Source: Lama guanicoe | Lineage: Eukaryota | Length of the DNA stretch: 64,000 bases | Assembly: GCA_013239625.1 (NCBI GenBank) | Contig: MU054391.1 | Coordinates: 62,001-126,000 of the forward strand | Direction: 5' to 3' | Shown here: positions 62,701 to 64,000 of the stretch, piece by piece | Layout of the letters: every line of letters starts with the position of its first letter | Position numbering within the stretch: position 1 is the first letter of the stretch | The notes under the pieces: model-generated | Told to the model about the DNA's origin: nothing | Databases searched by the model: none | Seen by the model: only the letters and a program-made list of their open reading frames with translations | Translations under genes and position numbers: made by a program

Positions 62701-63477
62701 GTCTAGCGAGGTGCACACCTGAGACAGGTGAAGAGCACGTAAACACCGGCTCTCGTTCAGGGCAAGGTACCTGCTTTATACACATTCACAGGACAAAAAC
62801 TGCAGCGAGGGAAGGTGTGCGCTCTCCTCACTGGTCCCCGAGCTCCGAAGCCTCCCGTGAAGGACGACCGCGCAGCCCGCGGCCACGCTGCTGCGGAGCG
62901 GCAGGTGCGCGGCAGTTCCGACTCGGGACTGGGGGCGGGGGTCTCGGGGTCCTGGGAGCTGCGTCTGGTCACGTGAGGACCCCGCTCACCCCGGGTCGCC
63001 CGCCTCACGTTCGGCCGTGCGGCCCAGGTGAGGGGCGCTCACCTGAACCCCAGCACTGGCCCCTCTACTCTCCGAGGTCCCTCGGGTCCGATCATCCCCC
63101 GCCCTTCCGGCTTCTGTCTGTGGCCCCCACACCCTCAGGGCTCGGGGCTACGCAGCCCCGGCTCTGAGGTCGTGACTCCGCGGAGCCGCGTGACCCGAGC
63201 CCGCCCCAACCGGGCCCCACCCTCCCAGGTGGCTCTCGGCCCCGCCCCTGCCCCGCCCCTCCCCGCGGCCCGCGATCCCCGCGGTCCCGCCCCTGGCTCT
63301 CTGCTCCGCCTCCTACCCGCCGGGCTGAGGCAGGACTGCGCAGGCGCGGGGCCGCTCTCTCGCTCCGGGCGGGCTGGGGCTGGATTGCGCAGGCGCTGGG
63401 CGGGCTGCTCGCCGTGCGCGTGCGCCCGCCGGAAACGTCCGGACGCCGTCAGTGGGCGCTTGTGTGCGCGCGGGAAG

Positions 63478-63520
63478 ATGGCCGAGCAGGTGACCAAGTC
63501 TGTGCTGTTCGTGTGTCTGG
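63478..63520 (+). CDS. ACP1: Low molecular weight phosphotyrosine protein phosphatase, coding part of exon 1 (43 nt): MAEQVTKSVLFVCLG; the gene continues beyond the window
   Basis: GGGAAGATGGCC start context. The peptide includes the start of the catalytic P-loop (VCLG). Donor CTGG|gtgaga. Confidence 0.96.
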
Positions 63521-64000
63521 GTGAGACGGCGCTGTTCTCTAGCCCCTCTGACTTTCCGGGAGGGCTCGGGGGTCCCTTGTGCGCTCTGGGCCGCGCCGCT
63601 GGGCCGGGAACGGTGATCCGGAGGAGGCCGGGGAGGGGAGACTGAAGGGCGGGATGCGGCGCCGCGCACCTTCCCGGGTGGCTCTGCAGGCGGGGTCCCT
63701 CTCACCTGCTTAGTCCCGTCTCCAAGTCGGATCCCCTGTCACCTGCCCAGCCTCTGTGCAAGCCCGATCTCTAGCTTCTGCACAGCCCCTTCTCCAAGCC
63801 TGGGTGCCTCGCGCCTGCAGCCCTTTCACTCCAAGCCAGGGTTCTTTCCATCACACCTGCCTGGAATCCCTCCTTCCCCTGCATCAGGTAGGCCCGAGGC
63901 CGCTGGACTGATCTGTGTCTTGGGGGCCTCCTGATGCTCTGACATCCATGCCGACACCGGTTTGCCGGCTTTCCTTGCCCTATGTCCAGAAAGGGATCTG

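Larger units (their letters stand above)
62520..63720. promoter_or_regulatory. CpG island / bidirectional promoter of SH3YL1 (-) and ACP1 (+)
   Basis: Very GC- and CpG-rich with several GC boxes. NRF1-like TGCGCAGGCGC at 63337-63347 and 63386-63396, and TGCGCGTGCGC at 63415-63425. ETS-like CCGGAA at 63429-63434. YY1-like AAGATGGC overlaps the ACP1 ATG. Confidence 0.88.

Noticed and set aside
63028..63645. 205-aa ORF in frame with ACP1 exon 1, suggesting an N-terminal extension
   Set aside because: It starts at GTG in a stop-poor CpG island with low-complexity Pro/Arg/Gly content. It also reads through the ACP1 donor. The true ATG at 63478 has a strong context.
1..64000. CRISPR arrays, operons or other prokaryote-type systems
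   Set aside because: The sequence is spliced mammalian DNA with no repeat-spacer arrays. The remaining short ORFs in the track are explained by chance or by repeat fossils.

Overview
Mammalian genomic DNA, most likely camelid, judging by a Vic-1-type tRNA-derived SINE. The window holds the complete SH3YL1 gene on the minus strand. Its 10 coding exons were reconstructed by hand with GT-AG boundaries: 1+111+114+65+113+129+169+79+57+191 = 1029 nt, giving 342 aa with an N-terminal SYLF/YAB domain and a C-terminal SH3 domain. SH3YL1 is head-to-head, across a CpG island, with the first coding exon of ACP1 (low-molecular-weight protein tyrosine phosphatase, plus strand). The rest is intron or intergenic sequence full of transposable-element fossils: L1, L2, MIR, Tigger1/2, hAT-Charlie, MaLR, a solo LTR and a two-LTR non-coding ERV1-type provirus. 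I see no convincing evidence of a previously undescribed biological system. The most notable observations are: (1) the SH3YL1 start codon is split A|TG across an ~17.9-kb intron, and a competing consensus donor would give G|TG instead; (2) a 34-nt tailless U2 snRNA retropseudogene with a target-site duplication (TSD) is nested inside the ERV; (3) two near-identical young L1 insertions have perfect TSDs; (4) a sense-oriented solo LTR places a poly(A) signal in intron 6. Repeat family names come from recall of consensus sequences, not from a database search, and old repeat boundaries are approximate.
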